This document shows positions 48,412 to 58,008 of a DNA stretch of 64,000 nucleotides, piece after piece; the stretch's first letter is position 1, and every line of letters starts with the position of its first letter. The DNA is from Candidatus Saccharimonadota bacterium (GTDB lineage: Bacteria > Patescibacteriota > Saccharimonadia > CAILAD01 > BJGX01): contig JAXLZU010000001.1 of assembly GCA_046350735.1 (NCBI GenBank), positions 574,297-638,296 on the forward strand, given 5' to 3'. The position numbers were made by a program, and so were the translations under genes. The notes beneath the pieces are model-generated. The model saw only the letters and a program-made list of their open reading frames with translations. It was not told the DNA's origin and searched no databases.

Positions 48412-49011
48412 ATGAACGTCGAATATTGCCCAGAATGTAATACCGAGCTAACCCGATCGATAGTCGGTTATCTTTGTCATGGTTGTGGATCAGTCTATGG
48501 GTTCGAAAAGGTTGCCAGTATGCCAATTTCGAGCTCTGCGCCCTCCAAGCACAAAAAGAGTGTTCATTCTAGGCATTCTAAGTTTGCTGTCGTACAGCCA
48601 GATATGCACCCCGAGAAGATAGAGGCTACTAAAAAACCTGGCAAGATTCGTCATAAGGTAAAAAAATTTGTGGTTCCACAAATTGCCGAGATAAAATCGC
48701 TAGAGAACACTGCGGAATTACCTGCCCCACCTATAGAAGTAGAAGAGCAGGGCCTGCCAGCAAGGCTAGCCGAAGCTGCCCCACCACCCAAACCTAGCCC
48801 TACTGACATGCCTGTTATGCCTCCAGAAGAAACCTATGCCGATCATCATTCTGAATACAATCCACACCTTACAGAAAAAGCCTTAAGCGAGTTAAACAAA
48901 GACTATTCACCAGTTACCACAGAGAGCAATGCTGGTAGTTACATCTTACCAGCGCTTGCCGCGCTCTTGGTAATAGGCGCATTAATTATTGCCTATATGG
49001 TAATTCGCTAG
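48412..49011 (+). CDS. Hypothetical protein: N-terminal Zn ribbon, Pro-rich linker, C-terminal TM
   Basis: CPEC...CHGCG; C-terminal hydrophobic helix. Confidence 0.75.
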   Translation: MNVEYCPECNTELTRSIVGYLCHGCGSVYGFEKVASMPISSSAPSKHKKSVHSRHSKFAVVQPDMHPEKIEATKKPGKIRHKVKKFVVPQIAEIKSLENTAELPAPPIEVEEQGLPARLAEAAPPPKPSPTDMPVMPPEETYADHHSEYNPHLTEKALSELNKDYSPVTTESNAGSYILPALAALLVIGALIIAYMVIR

Positions 49012-49052
49012 CACATTTCTGAATTAAAAAATCCCTCTAGTTTGTAGAGAGA

Positions 49053-49631
49053 TTAGCTGTAATCATTGAGATTAATGGGTCTTTTTGTAGATTGATCTGG
49101 AATATACCACTGAATACCTTCTATGCGCTTTTTTAGGAGCCACAACGTAGCTTCTTCGGCAGGCAATACTACTCCATAGATCCAATACAATTCTAAATTG
49201 GGATGCGGTAGATGCTCGAGAGTATACCCACTATATTGTAAAACAGAGCGCGTGTTAGGGTTATGGCTGCAATTTTGTCGATTATCCCAAAGCACTCTTG
49301 CTCGTCTGCTATTTGGAGTAAACCCCGTCGATACCAACTTACCTACTATAGAATGAGAGCAAACAACTAGCACATCTACCGTAAAGAGCTGTCTATATCT
49401 ACCACCATTATGATAATACCCGCAATGAGGACACATATAAACAGCTGTGAGACTTCGATGTTCTCCTTTTCTTGCAAGATCGGCCCTGAAATTTTTATGA
49501 TCTTTTGCTAAATTTGTCTTAAGAGCATGTGAAATACTACGAAAACGTGTTTTACCCTGACAGCGTGTATTTTTTACCCAAGCAAAATTGTTATATGGTT
49601 GAGCTGTTTGTTGCGACCAACGCGAACTCAA
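49053..49631 (-). CDS. Hypothetical ORFan with CPHCGYYH motif (cassette-like)
   Basis: TTGATA-17-TATAGT promoter, GGAGG-7-TTG, imperfect terminator at 49026-49054. Confidence 0.7.
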   Translation of the reverse strand: MSSRWSQQTAQPYNNFAWVKNTRCQGKTRFRSISHALKTNLAKDHKNFRADLARKGEHRSLTAVYMCPHCGYYHNGGRYRQLFTVDVLVVCSHSIVGKLVSTGFTPNSRRARVLWDNRQNCSHNPNTRSVLQYSGYTLEHLPHPNLELYWIYGVVLPAEEATLWLLKKRIEGIQWYIPDQSTKRPINLNDYS

Positions 49632-49692
49632 AGGATAACCTCCTGATAGCTGCCAAAAGCCTAAAACACTATACCACTTTTTGTATCAACTA

Positions 49693-50625
49693 TCAACTAC
49701 TACTTGTTGTTGTTGTTTTCTTCTTCTTGGGAGCTTTAGCGTTACGTTTTATCTTCCAATTGTTATAGACCACAAGTAATGGCGCAGCGTTAAAGATAGA
49801 TGAATATGTTCCAGAAAGTACACCTATTAAGAGTGCGAGAATAAAGAACTTAATAGAGCCACCACCAAAAAGGAAGAATGCCAGAAGAACAATAAGCACG
49901 GTTAGTGAGGTGTTAATTGATCGCGCAAAAGTCTCAAGAATACTTTCATTTACAACCACCTCAAATGGCTTGTTGTAGCGTCGTAGATTTTCGCGGATTC
50001 TATCATAGACAACAATAGTATCGTGTACCGAGAAGCCAATGACAGTAAGTACGGCTGTAACAAATAATGCATCTATTTGTACGCCCAAGAAGTGGCCAAG
50101 TATGGCAAATACCCCAAGTACCAACAATGCATCATGCAAAAGCGCGATGACTGCCGTTACCCCAAAACTCCACGGGCTAACCGGTGGAGGAGTATTACGA
50201 AACGCAAAAGCTATATAGAGAACAATCGCTAACGCCGCCAAAGCTACACCCAATATTGCATTTCGGGTAATATCTTTACTAACCGCAGGACCAACCGAAT
50301 CAAAAGAAGATTCTATGTAGCCTTTCTGGGCTAATCTTGCCTTTATGTCTTGATGTATCTGTTCTGAATCACCCACTCCCTTATCGCTATAACGAATAAG
50401 CAATTTGTCTGAGCCTGAAGTGGTGACGGTTATATCTTTTACGCCAGTAGGACTAATAATACCAATAACCTCGGTTTGGTTTTGTCCACCACTTACTTCC
50501 ATAACTTGTCCACCAGTAAAATCTATCCCTGGTTTTAGTCCCCAAAAGTACAGTGCCAAAAGCCCAGGAACAAGAATAAGTAGCGATATTGTAAACCAAA
50601 TTTTTCGTTTACCTACAATATTCAT
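49693..50625 (-). CDS. secF: Protein translocase subunit SecF
   Basis: GIDFTGG, VGPAVS, GFSVHDTIVVYDRIREN, RSINTS. Confidence 0.96.
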   Translation of the reverse strand: MNIVGKRKIWFTISLLILVPGLLALYFWGLKPGIDFTGGQVMEVSGGQNQTEVIGIISPTGVKDITVTTSGSDKLLIRYSDKGVGDSEQIHQDIKARLAQKGYIESSFDSVGPAVSKDITRNAILGVALAALAIVLYIAFAFRNTPPPVSPWSFGVTAVIALLHDALLVLGVFAILGHFLGVQIDALFVTAVLTVIGFSVHDTIVVYDRIRENLRRYNKPFEVVVNESILETFARSINTSLTVLIVLLAFFLFGGGSIKFFILALLIGVLSGTYSSIFNAAPLLVVYNNWKIKRNAKAPKKKKTTTTSSS

Positions 50626-51941
50626 TTGGCACTCACCTTCTTAGGTTTCTTACTGGTCTTATGTAGATAGCCGTACCAGCGTTCTTGGCTACCCCAATCA
50701 GTACGTATCACCATTTCGAGTAACGTGCGGCTTACAGTAATGGCAGTAAACATACTTACCAATACACCAATTGCTAATGTAACGGCAAAGCCCCTAATAA
50801 CTGTAGAGCCGGTATAGTACAAAATTACACAAGTTATTAGCGTTGAGATATTTGAGTCACGTATACTGCTCCAGGCGCGTTTAAACCCAGATTGCAGGCC
50901 AGCTTGCAGACTAGCGCCGCCACGAACTTCTTCTTTCCATCTCTCAAAAATAAGGATATTAGCATCCACCGCCATCCCGATACTCAAAATAAACCCAGCA
51001 ATACCAGCCAAGGTAAGAACAATGGGCAAGCCAACCATTCCGCTCAGCTTAAAGATATCGATGTTAATTATAGTGTATACACCAAGCGCCACACTGGCTA
51101 TTACACCTGCCAATCGATAATAAGCAATCATAAAGAACACAACCGCCACAAGACCAATTATTCCTGCTATCAGACTTTTACTAACTGATTCACTCCCCAG
51201 GCTCGCTCCAACAGTTCGTTGCTGTACCAAGCTAATTGGTACTGGCAGGGCACCAGCATTAAGAAGTACAGTAGTCTGCTGAGCATCCTTAATGTTTTTA
51301 AATCCTGTCATCTGTCCACGACCGTCGGTAATTGGCTGACTTACTGTACCATTAAAGAGCGGCTGATCATCGAGGACTATAAGTAGTCTGCCACCAGACT
51401 GATTTATTTTAGTTGTAAGATCGGCAAACTTTTGGGTTGCTTCAGATTTCATTGTAAATGTAATAATTGGCTGACCTGTTTGAGTATCTATATCCGCTGT
51501 AGCATTATCAAGATCTTTACCAGTTATATCTGTAGGTGTTAGGGTATTATCGGTAGAGACTGCATAAAAATTCAATTGCGCTGTCTTACCAATTAATGAA
51601 ATTGCTTCTTCAGTATCTTTAATACCAGGTAGTTCTACCAATATTCTATCTCCGCTTGCCTGCTGAATAACTACTTCTGAAGTACCTGTTACATTTACTC
51701 GTTTGTTAATTACATTCACTACGCCATCGAGAGCCTTTTGTCTATCGGCTGCATTGGTCTTAGATAGATCTGCCTGGTATAACAAGCTCGCTCCACCCTG
51801 CAAATCGAGCCCTTCACGTACTTTTGGTGCAGTATCTTTGATACCTAGGGCAGAAAGAATCTTGTCTTCGCGCGGCAAAGCAAATAGTATTGCCACAAAG
51901 ACAAATACGCATAATAAATAAAACTTTGTTTGTACCTTCAC
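50622..51941 (-). CDS. secD: Protein translocase subunit SecD
   Basis: GLDLQGG, AGALPVP, GMAVDANILIFER. Confidence 0.96.
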   Translation of the reverse strand: MKVQTKFYLLCVFVFVAILFALPREDKILSALGIKDTAPKVREGLDLQGGASLLYQADLSKTNAADRQKALDGVVNVINKRVNVTGTSEVVIQQASGDRILVELPGIKDTEEAISLIGKTAQLNFYAVSTDNTLTPTDITGKDLDNATADIDTQTGQPIITFTMKSEATQKFADLTTKINQSGGRLLIVLDDQPLFNGTVSQPITDGRGQMTGFKNIKDAQQTTVLLNAGALPVPISLVQQRTVGASLGSESVSKSLIAGIIGLVAVVFFMIAYYRLAGVIASVALGVYTIINIDIFKLSGMVGLPIVLTLAGIAGFILSIGMAVDANILIFERWKEEVRGGASLQAGLQSGFKRAWSSIRDSNISTLITCVILYYTGSTVIRGFAVTLAIGVLVSMFTAITVSRTLLEMVIRTDWGSQERWYGYLHKTSKKPKKVSAK

Positions 51942-52050
51942 GCTCGAGCTCGCTTTTTCATATAATCAGTATACTATCAGATTGCACACTTTTTATGCAA
52001 CTAACCACACGAATTGTATTTTAGCGAACAAAAGACGATATAATAGATAT

Positions 52051-53979
52051 ATGAAGCCGACGTATTTTGTGCGAGTGGACACAGCAAATTATACCGGCCA
52101 AGATGGTAAAACGTTTTGGTATAACTCTGATACTTTATTGCACGTGGGTCAGATTTGCGAGGTTCCGTTTGGTAAACGTTCGAGTCTCGGGGTGGTACTA
52201 CAAGTTAAAAAGACTCGGCCAAAAAACATTGTCGGGTTAAAGTCAATTAGTAAAATATATGATCACATACCTGTTCTGCCACACTATCTGCTCGAAACTG
52301 CCCAGTGGCTAAAAGAGTATTATGTGGCCAGCCCATACTCTGTTTGGACAACATTATTACCCTCTGGACTACGCGCCAAACCAAGAAAAGTACCTGCCTC
52401 TGCCCAGAAGAAAAAAACTAAGCCACTTAATATTCTCAACACCGAACAACAGGCAGCTTACCAGCACATTGTGCAGTCTAACAAACCAACTCTACTAGAA
52501 GGCATTACCGGATCGGGCAAGACCGAAGTGTATCTGCATCTTATAGCTAATGCTCTCAATAATAAGCAATCGGCGATATTGTTGGTACCAGAAATTATGC
52601 TTACCACCCAACTCGCCGAGAGACTATCTGAGCATTTTGGTGAGCTCTATATTGTGCATTCTGGCCTGAGTGTTGCCGAGCGCAAACGCATCTGGCTAGA
52701 GTGTAGCAGCACCTCGCAGGATAGCCCTGTAATAGTAGTGGGGCCGCGCAGTGCGCTATGGATGCCACTTTGTAACCTCGGGCTAATAATTATTGATGAG
52801 GAACATGAGCCAAGCTACAAGCAAGAATCATTTTTACGCTACAGCGCCCTACATGTTGCTGGGCATATTGCTACAACCAAACCAGCCCAGCTGGTAATGG
52901 GCAGTGCTACACCACAGGTGACTACCAAGTTTTTGGCCGACAAAAATTTCTTTTCTGTGGCAAAGCTGCATCAACGACACAATAGTAGCTTGCCCCAAAT
53001 AACCATTGTAGATAAGAACACGTTTACTGGATTGCTCTCACCCCAACTTACCGGGGCTATCCAGACAACGTTAGATGATAACAAACAGATACTTTTATTG
53101 CTCAACCGACGTGGTAGTGCAAGTAGTCTTATCTGTGAGCAGTGCGGACAAGCCACGCTCTGTCCTAATTGTGACATTGCACTGAGTTTTCACGGCGACA
53201 TTGCGCGGTTGCTATGTCATTATTGTGATTATAAACACCTGCCACCTACTAGCTGTAGTAACTGTGGTGGTCAAGTAAAATTTGTGGGAAGTGGCACACA
53301 AAAGCTCTTTGACGAAATTTCTCATCTATGGCCGCATGCCCGACTAGCCCGGCTCGATAGAGACAATGCTACCTGGCAAAATATGCAAACTCTGTTTGGC
53401 AATTTGCAGAAAGGCAAAATAGATATTGTGGTTGGTACCCAGATGATTAGCCGTGGTCTTGATATAGCCGGCTTGCGGCTAGTGGGTATCGTTGATGCCG
53501 ATACCAGCCTAGCAATACCAGACTTTGCTAGTAGTGAACGCACTTATCAGCTACTTGCCCAGACAGCTGGCCGAGCAGGCCGTCGCCAAGAATTGGGTAC
53601 GGTAATTATTCAAACACGCAACCCAAAGCAAGTTGCAATTGTCGCCGCTGCCACACACAATTACCCGCTATTTTATCAGCACGAGCTTGCCACTCGCAAA
53701 CACTACGCTTACCCTCCTTACGTTTATCTGCTAAAATTGTGGTATGCACATGCCAACCCCTCACTTGCCGAAAAACACAGTGCAGAATATATAACATCTT
53801 TACAAAAAAACCGCGCTATTCGCGCGCTCGGCCCTACCCCGGCTCTGCAAAAACGTCAAAGCGGAAAGTACATTTGGCAAGCAATTATTAAGGCCAGGTC
53901 TCGCGCCGAGTTAATAACAATTGTTGGCAATTTGCCACGGGGCTGGCAGGCTGAGTTAGACCCCGTTAGTATAATGTAA
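52051..53979 (+). CDS. priA: Primosomal protein N'
   Basis: GITGSGKTEVY, DEEHE, four CxxC pairs, AGRAGR. Confidence 0.96.
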   Translation: MKPTYFVRVDTANYTGQDGKTFWYNSDTLLHVGQICEVPFGKRSSLGVVLQVKKTRPKNIVGLKSISKIYDHIPVLPHYLLETAQWLKEYYVASPYSVWTTLLPSGLRAKPRKVPASAQKKKTKPLNILNTEQQAAYQHIVQSNKPTLLEGITGSGKTEVYLHLIANALNNKQSAILLVPEIMLTTQLAERLSEHFGELYIVHSGLSVAERKRIWLECSSTSQDSPVIVVGPRSALWMPLCNLGLIIIDEEHEPSYKQESFLRYSALHVAGHIATTKPAQLVMGSATPQVTTKFLADKNFFSVAKLHQRHNSSLPQITIVDKNTFTGLLSPQLTGAIQTTLDDNKQILLLLNRRGSASSLICEQCGQATLCPNCDIALSFHGDIARLLCHYCDYKHLPPTSCSNCGGQVKFVGSGTQKLFDEISHLWPHARLARLDRDNATWQNMQTLFGNLQKGKIDIVVGTQMISRGLDIAGLRLVGIVDADTSLAIPDFASSERTYQLLAQTAGRAGRRQELGTVIIQTRNPKQVAIVAAATHNYPLFYQHELATRKHYAYPPYVYLLKLWYAHANPSLAEKHSAEYITSLQKNRAIRALGPTPALQKRQSGKYIWQAIIKARSRAELITIVGNLPRGWQAELDPVSIM

Positions 53980-53983
53980 TCTT

Positions 53984-54535
53984 ATGATAAAAAAACTTGT
54001 TACCATACCCAATAAAGTCTTACGTATGAAATCGCGGCGGATTGGTTTTGTGGATGACTCAATTAAAAAAATGGCATCTGATATGATAGAGACCACGCTT
54101 AATTGGGATCACGACAGCGAAATTGGCGCGGCACTTGCGGCTATTCAGATTGGTGAGCCAATTAAATTAACCGTGGTACGCAATGATTTTGAAGACCGTA
54201 AGAATCACGACTTTACCACCCTAATTAATCCAGAAATTGTAAAACACAGCAGTGAGAAGGTTGGTGATGTAGAGGGCTGCTTGAGTGTTCCGAGTATTTA
54301 TGGCCGGGTAGATCGCTACCTTAAGGTAAAAGTAAAAGCAGAAGATTTAGAGGGCAATGAAATTCGACTTACGCTAGAAGGATTCCCGGCACGAGTGTTA
54401 CAACACGAAATTGATCATATGAACGGGGTAATTTTTTTAGATCATATTAAGAGCGCCAAAAATCTCTTTGCCATGAACGAAAACGGCAAACTTTCTCCTT
54501 TAAGTGGTGATAAGCCCAAGGTAGATGAAGTCTAA
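53984..54535 (+). CDS. def: Peptide deformylase
   Basis: GAALAAIQIG, EGCLS, QHEIDHMNG. Confidence 0.96.
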   Translation: MIKKLVTIPNKVLRMKSRRIGFVDDSIKKMASDMIETTLNWDHDSEIGAALAAIQIGEPIKLTVVRNDFEDRKNHDFTTLINPEIVKHSSEKVGDVEGCLSVPSIYGRVDRYLKVKVKAEDLEGNEIRLTLEGFPARVLQHEIDHMNGVIFLDHIKSAKNLFAMNENGKLSPLSGDKPKVDEV

Positions 54536-55453
54536 ATGAACAAGGCAAATGCTCAATCTTTGGTTTTTTTTGGCACCGGGCAAACTAGCCTAGATGCCTT
54601 AAGGACACTGTCTGAAGAGTTTGAGATAGAAGCTGTAATTACTAAGCCAGATGATACCAGACATTCGAAGGCTCGGCCAAGCGAGGTGGCGGCATGGGCA
54701 AGACAAAATGCTATTTCGGTCTACAAGCCCACCAACAAACAAGAACTTTCCACCCTCGTGGCCGAAAAAAAGTTTCACTCTCAACTGGGTGTAGTACTCG
54801 ACTACGGAGTTATTATTCCCGAAGATGTTATTGATTCGTTCGAGCATGGAATAGTCAACAGCCATTTTTCGCTCTTACCTGCCTGGCGCGGCGCCGACCC
54901 CATACGTGCAGCTATTTTGCATGGTGATGCAGTTACCGGTGTAACAATTATGCTGATTGTTCCTGAGCTAGATGCTGGGCCAATTTTAAGTTGGGCTGAG
55001 GTTTCTTTGGATGATACCACTAACGCAATCGATCTGCGCAATCAACTCTCAGAACTAAACTGTGCCTTGTTGCCCGAAACTATTCGACTCTACGTAAGTG
55101 GCGATATCGAAGCTGTGCAGCAAGACGAAGTAGCTGCTACATTTACTACAAAAACCCACAAAGAAGATGGGTTGCTCAACCCAAATTTACATGCCAAGCA
55201 GCTGGTTCGACAAATTAATGCCTTCATTGGTTGGCCAAAGAGCTATTTTGACTGGAATGATAATAAAGTAGTTATTACCAAAGCTCTTGCCTCTACGCAC
55301 GCGGCACCCCTTGGCACACTATCGGCAGATACCAACAAACTCTACTTTGGTTGCAAAGATGGCAGTTTAGAAATTGTAGAAATCCAGCCAGCCGGCAAAA
55401 AGCCAATGGATGCCAGAAGTTTTATTAATGGGTATAAAAATTTGTTACATTAA
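54536..55453 (+). CDS. fmt: Methionyl-tRNA formyltransferase
   Basis: VFFGT, NSHFSLLPAWRGADP, ELDAGPI. Confidence 0.95.
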   Translation: MNKANAQSLVFFGTGQTSLDALRTLSEEFEIEAVITKPDDTRHSKARPSEVAAWARQNAISVYKPTNKQELSTLVAEKKFHSQLGVVLDYGVIIPEDVIDSFEHGIVNSHFSLLPAWRGADPIRAAILHGDAVTGVTIMLIVPELDAGPILSWAEVSLDDTTNAIDLRNQLSELNCALLPETIRLYVSGDIEAVQQDEVAATFTTKTHKEDGLLNPNLHAKQLVRQINAFIGWPKSYFDWNDNKVVITKALASTHAAPLGTLSADTNKLYFGCKDGSLEIVEIQPAGKKPMDARSFINGYKNLLH

Positions 55454-55479
55454 AAACCCCAGAAATTTCCTTTCTGGGG
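55452..55479 (-). terminator. Intrinsic terminator of the methyltransferase cassette
   Basis: ccccagaaa-tttcc-tttctgggg plus T5 on the minus strand. Confidence 0.8.
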
Positions 55480-55487
55480 ATAATCGT

Positions 55488-56237
55488 TTAGTACGATAAA
55501 GTAGGTAGTACACCAACTACATATCCACGATAGTCATTTGCTACAAAATAAGCATTGAATCCCGCCTGCTCGAGAGCTTGCAAATACTCTTCTTTACTGT
55601 GCATCATCAGCAAATGGCGCTCGCGAAAGTGAGTTGGAGCATCATCATTACGTCGCAAAAACAGATAATGCATATCTAGCACCGACATTCGACCCTGGCT
55701 ACTACTACGGTTCATACGCACTAGCTTTAGCTCGGAGGTATCGATAACTTGCATATGCATCTCACCATCTCGCCAATCCTCGGGCAAGATCCATGGTTCG
55801 ATAATGACTACACCACCTGGCACAAGATGTTTAGCTATAGTGTTCGCTACATTACACAAATCTTGGTAAGTACGTGCGTAGCCAATCGCCGAAAACATAC
55901 ATGTAATAACCTCAAACTTGCGACCAAGAGAAAAGTTATGCATGTCGGCCCGGTGTAATGAAACACCAGGCAAACGCATTTTAGCGATAGCTAGCTGATT
56001 CTCACTAAGATCAAGACCCTCAACATGAGAAAACATCATCCTGAAATGCTCTAGATGCAGTCCAGTACCACATGCCACATCGAGCAATCGAGTAGTTTGT
56101 GGCCAAGGCCAAGACCAAGCATCGCTAAATTCTTGGGCAATGGCAAAAGCTCGCTCTGACTCAGCTTTGTAATCTTTCATAGCAGTATAGATAACGTCAT
56201 AAAACTCCGCAGAGCTAATATAGCTATCTGTAGACAT
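55488..56237 (-). CDS. Class I SAM methyltransferase, TylM1/DesVI-like (GTACC-leader cassette)
   Basis: AEFYD.IY..KDYKAE, LLDVACGTGLH, CMFSAIGY, HLVPGGVVIIEPW; GTACCTTC-aaca-GAAAGG-6-ATG. Confidence 0.88.
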   Translation of the reverse strand: MSTDSYISSAEFYDVIYTAMKDYKAESERAFAIAQEFSDAWSWPWPQTTRLLDVACGTGLHLEHFRMMFSHVEGLDLSENQLAIAKMRLPGVSLHRADMHNFSLGRKFEVITCMFSAIGYARTYQDLCNVANTIAKHLVPGGVVIIEPWILPEDWRDGEMHMQVIDTSELKLVRMNRSSSQGRMSVLDMHYLFLRRNDDAPTHFRERHLLMMHSKEEYLQALEQAGFNAYFVANDYRGYVVGVLPTLSY

Positions 56238-56321
56238 ACTCTGCCTTTCTGTTGAAGGTACCTCTGAGTGAGGTTCCTGAAGAAAAATTACCAAAATATT
56301 TAGTAACTTATTACCAAGAAC

Positions 56322-56348
56322 CTACACACTTACACTAACGTTAAACAT
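56322..56348 (-). CDS. Putative 8-aa leader ORF MFNVSVSV
   Basis: TTGACT-17-TAATAT promoter; AAGGAG-5-ATG; TAG at 56322. Confidence 0.45.
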   Translation of the reverse strand: MFNVSVSV

Positions 56349-56433
56349 ATATTCTCCTTATTGGATTAGTTTGTTGATTAACAAAAGCAATATTACCATA
56401 AGCATTTGCCTAAGTCAATAAATTAGTAGGATT

Positions 56434-56802
56434 TTATTTTAAGAATGGTTGGAGTTTTTCGACCACCTGAGAAGGTGTAAGATCGGTCTTTACAATATAG
56501 TCGCGTGCGCCAAGTTCTTTGGCCTGCTCGATAGTTTGAGGGTCCATTACGTTAGTTAGCACGATTACTGGCAAGTCTGGAGTAAGATTCTGCTTCTTGA
56601 GAGACTTTAGCACATCTATACCATTAACGTTGGGCATCATAAGATCGAGTAAAACCAAGTCTGGTTTGTGCTCACCAATTTTGTCGAGGGCCATTTGGCC
56701 ATCGACTGCTTCTACAACCGAAAAGTCTGCCTTAGCTAGTTTTAGCTGATACATATTTCGAATAAAATCGTTGTCTTCAACAAGTAGTACTACTTTGCTC
56801 AT
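56434..56802 (-). CDS. Single-domain response regulator (CheY-like)
   Basis: LLVEDN, LLDLMMP.VNG, VLTN, YIVK. Confidence 0.95.
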   Translation of the reverse strand: MSKVVLLVEDNDFIRNMYQLKLAKADFSVVEAVDGQMALDKIGEHKPDLVLLDLMMPNVNGIDVLKSLKKQNLTPDLPVIVLTNVMDPQTIEQAKELGARDYIVKTDLTPSQVVEKLQPFLK

Positions 56803-56901
56803 ATATACATCATACTTTCTTTTTGTACCTTACGTCAATCATTAATTGCCCGCTTTAGCATGTCTAGCGGCAACTTTGGCGAAACATACCTATATTAAAA
56901 C

Positions 56902-57414
56902 CTACAGTTTAGGCTCCAGAGTTATTCTACAACGATAACCACCATCATAATTTTTATCATGGATAATGCGGTTAGGAAATAGCCTGATTATTTCGTCCCA
57001 CTCAACACTAATAGAAGTGTATTTATCACTATATTTATCTTTATATTGGTTGTAGAGTACAGGTGTAATGATAATTATACGACCCTCTTTTGTCAGTAAA
57101 GACTTCACCTTATCGAGAAAGGCTTTTTTGTCTTCCATAAAAGCAATTACTAAGTTAGCAGTAATAAGATCATACTTTTGTTTACCAAAATCGTAACTCA
57201 TAAAATCACCAACTATATCTGGCTTGGCAGCTTCCGCTAAGTCTATACCTGTGGTTTTATAACCACGATCTCTCAATTGTCGCATTAACTCACCCTCTCC
57301 ACAGCCAACATCAAGAGCAAGTCCGCCTCTAAGTTCGAGTTTGTCTAACACAATCTCACTCACAGGGGCGTACTTACTACCCTCTATATAATATTTGTTC
57401 CAATCAATTTTCAT
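56902..57414 (-). CDS. Class I SAM methyltransferase
   Basis: ALDVGCGEG, GIDL, YDLIT; SD AAAGGA. Confidence 0.88.
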   Translation of the reverse strand: MKIDWNKYYIEGSKYAPVSEIVLDKLELRGGLALDVGCGEGELMRQLRDRGYKTTGIDLAEAAKPDIVGDFMSYDFGKQKYDLITANLVIAFMEDKKAFLDKVKSLLTKEGRIIIITPVLYNQYKDKYSDKYTSISVEWDEIIRLFPNRIIHDKNYDGGYRCRITLEPKL

Positions 57415-57468
57415 AATAATTCCTTTTTTGTCAGGGGGTAACTCACTCGAGAAACCCCCCAACAAAAG

Positions 57469-58008
57469 TTAGCTGCACTTGCCGAAGCCTCCCCCGCAGC
57501 TCTTGCAGTTGCCACGACCATCATCGCAGTCTGCCCCAGCCATCTGGTACTGAAGCAGGTCACCGAAGTCGTAAGGAGGTTGAGTATTGGCAGCAACCTC
57601 ACTCTTACAACCATCATTACCCCCACCGCCACGTACATCACAGAAGAGGGCAGTACCCCACAGCTGCGGATCATAGACGATACCGTTGGCAGCCATGAAC
57701 TCGACCGTAGCTTCACTACTAACAGCAACGGCTTCAAGTTCGGGCGTGTCGGTAGGACAGTGATGAATAAACTCGCCACACACCGCATTGCAGTACGCGG
57801 CGTACTCACGAGTGTAGAGAATGAATGTATGCCAGCCGATATCAACCAGCGCACTGGGCGTTGATGGGCAGGCAGGATTAGTACCAACCATATTCAGGAA
57901 CACGAGCGTCTCTCGAAGAATGGCCTCTGCCGTCTCACGAGGAAGCTGATGCTCCTTGCACATTCGTGCAATTATGCGGTCACCTAGTTCTTTGCTGATG
58001 GGTTGCAT
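57469..58008 (-). CDS. Glycine-rich-domain-like (DUF1399-related) protein with Cys/Gly tail (GCACC-leader cassette)
   Basis: PSALVDIGWHTFILYTREYAAYC...FIHHCP; TTGACA-16-TAAGAT, GCACCTAC, GAAAGGT. Confidence 0.8.
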   Translation of the reverse strand: MQPISKELGDRIIARMCKEHQLPRETAEAILRETLVFLNMVGTNPACPSTPSALVDIGWHTFILYTREYAAYCNAVCGEFIHHCPTDTPELEAVAVSSEATVEFMAANGIVYDPQLWGTALFCDVRGGGGNDGCKSEVAANTQPPYDFGDLLQYQMAGADCDDGRGNCKSCGGGFGKCS

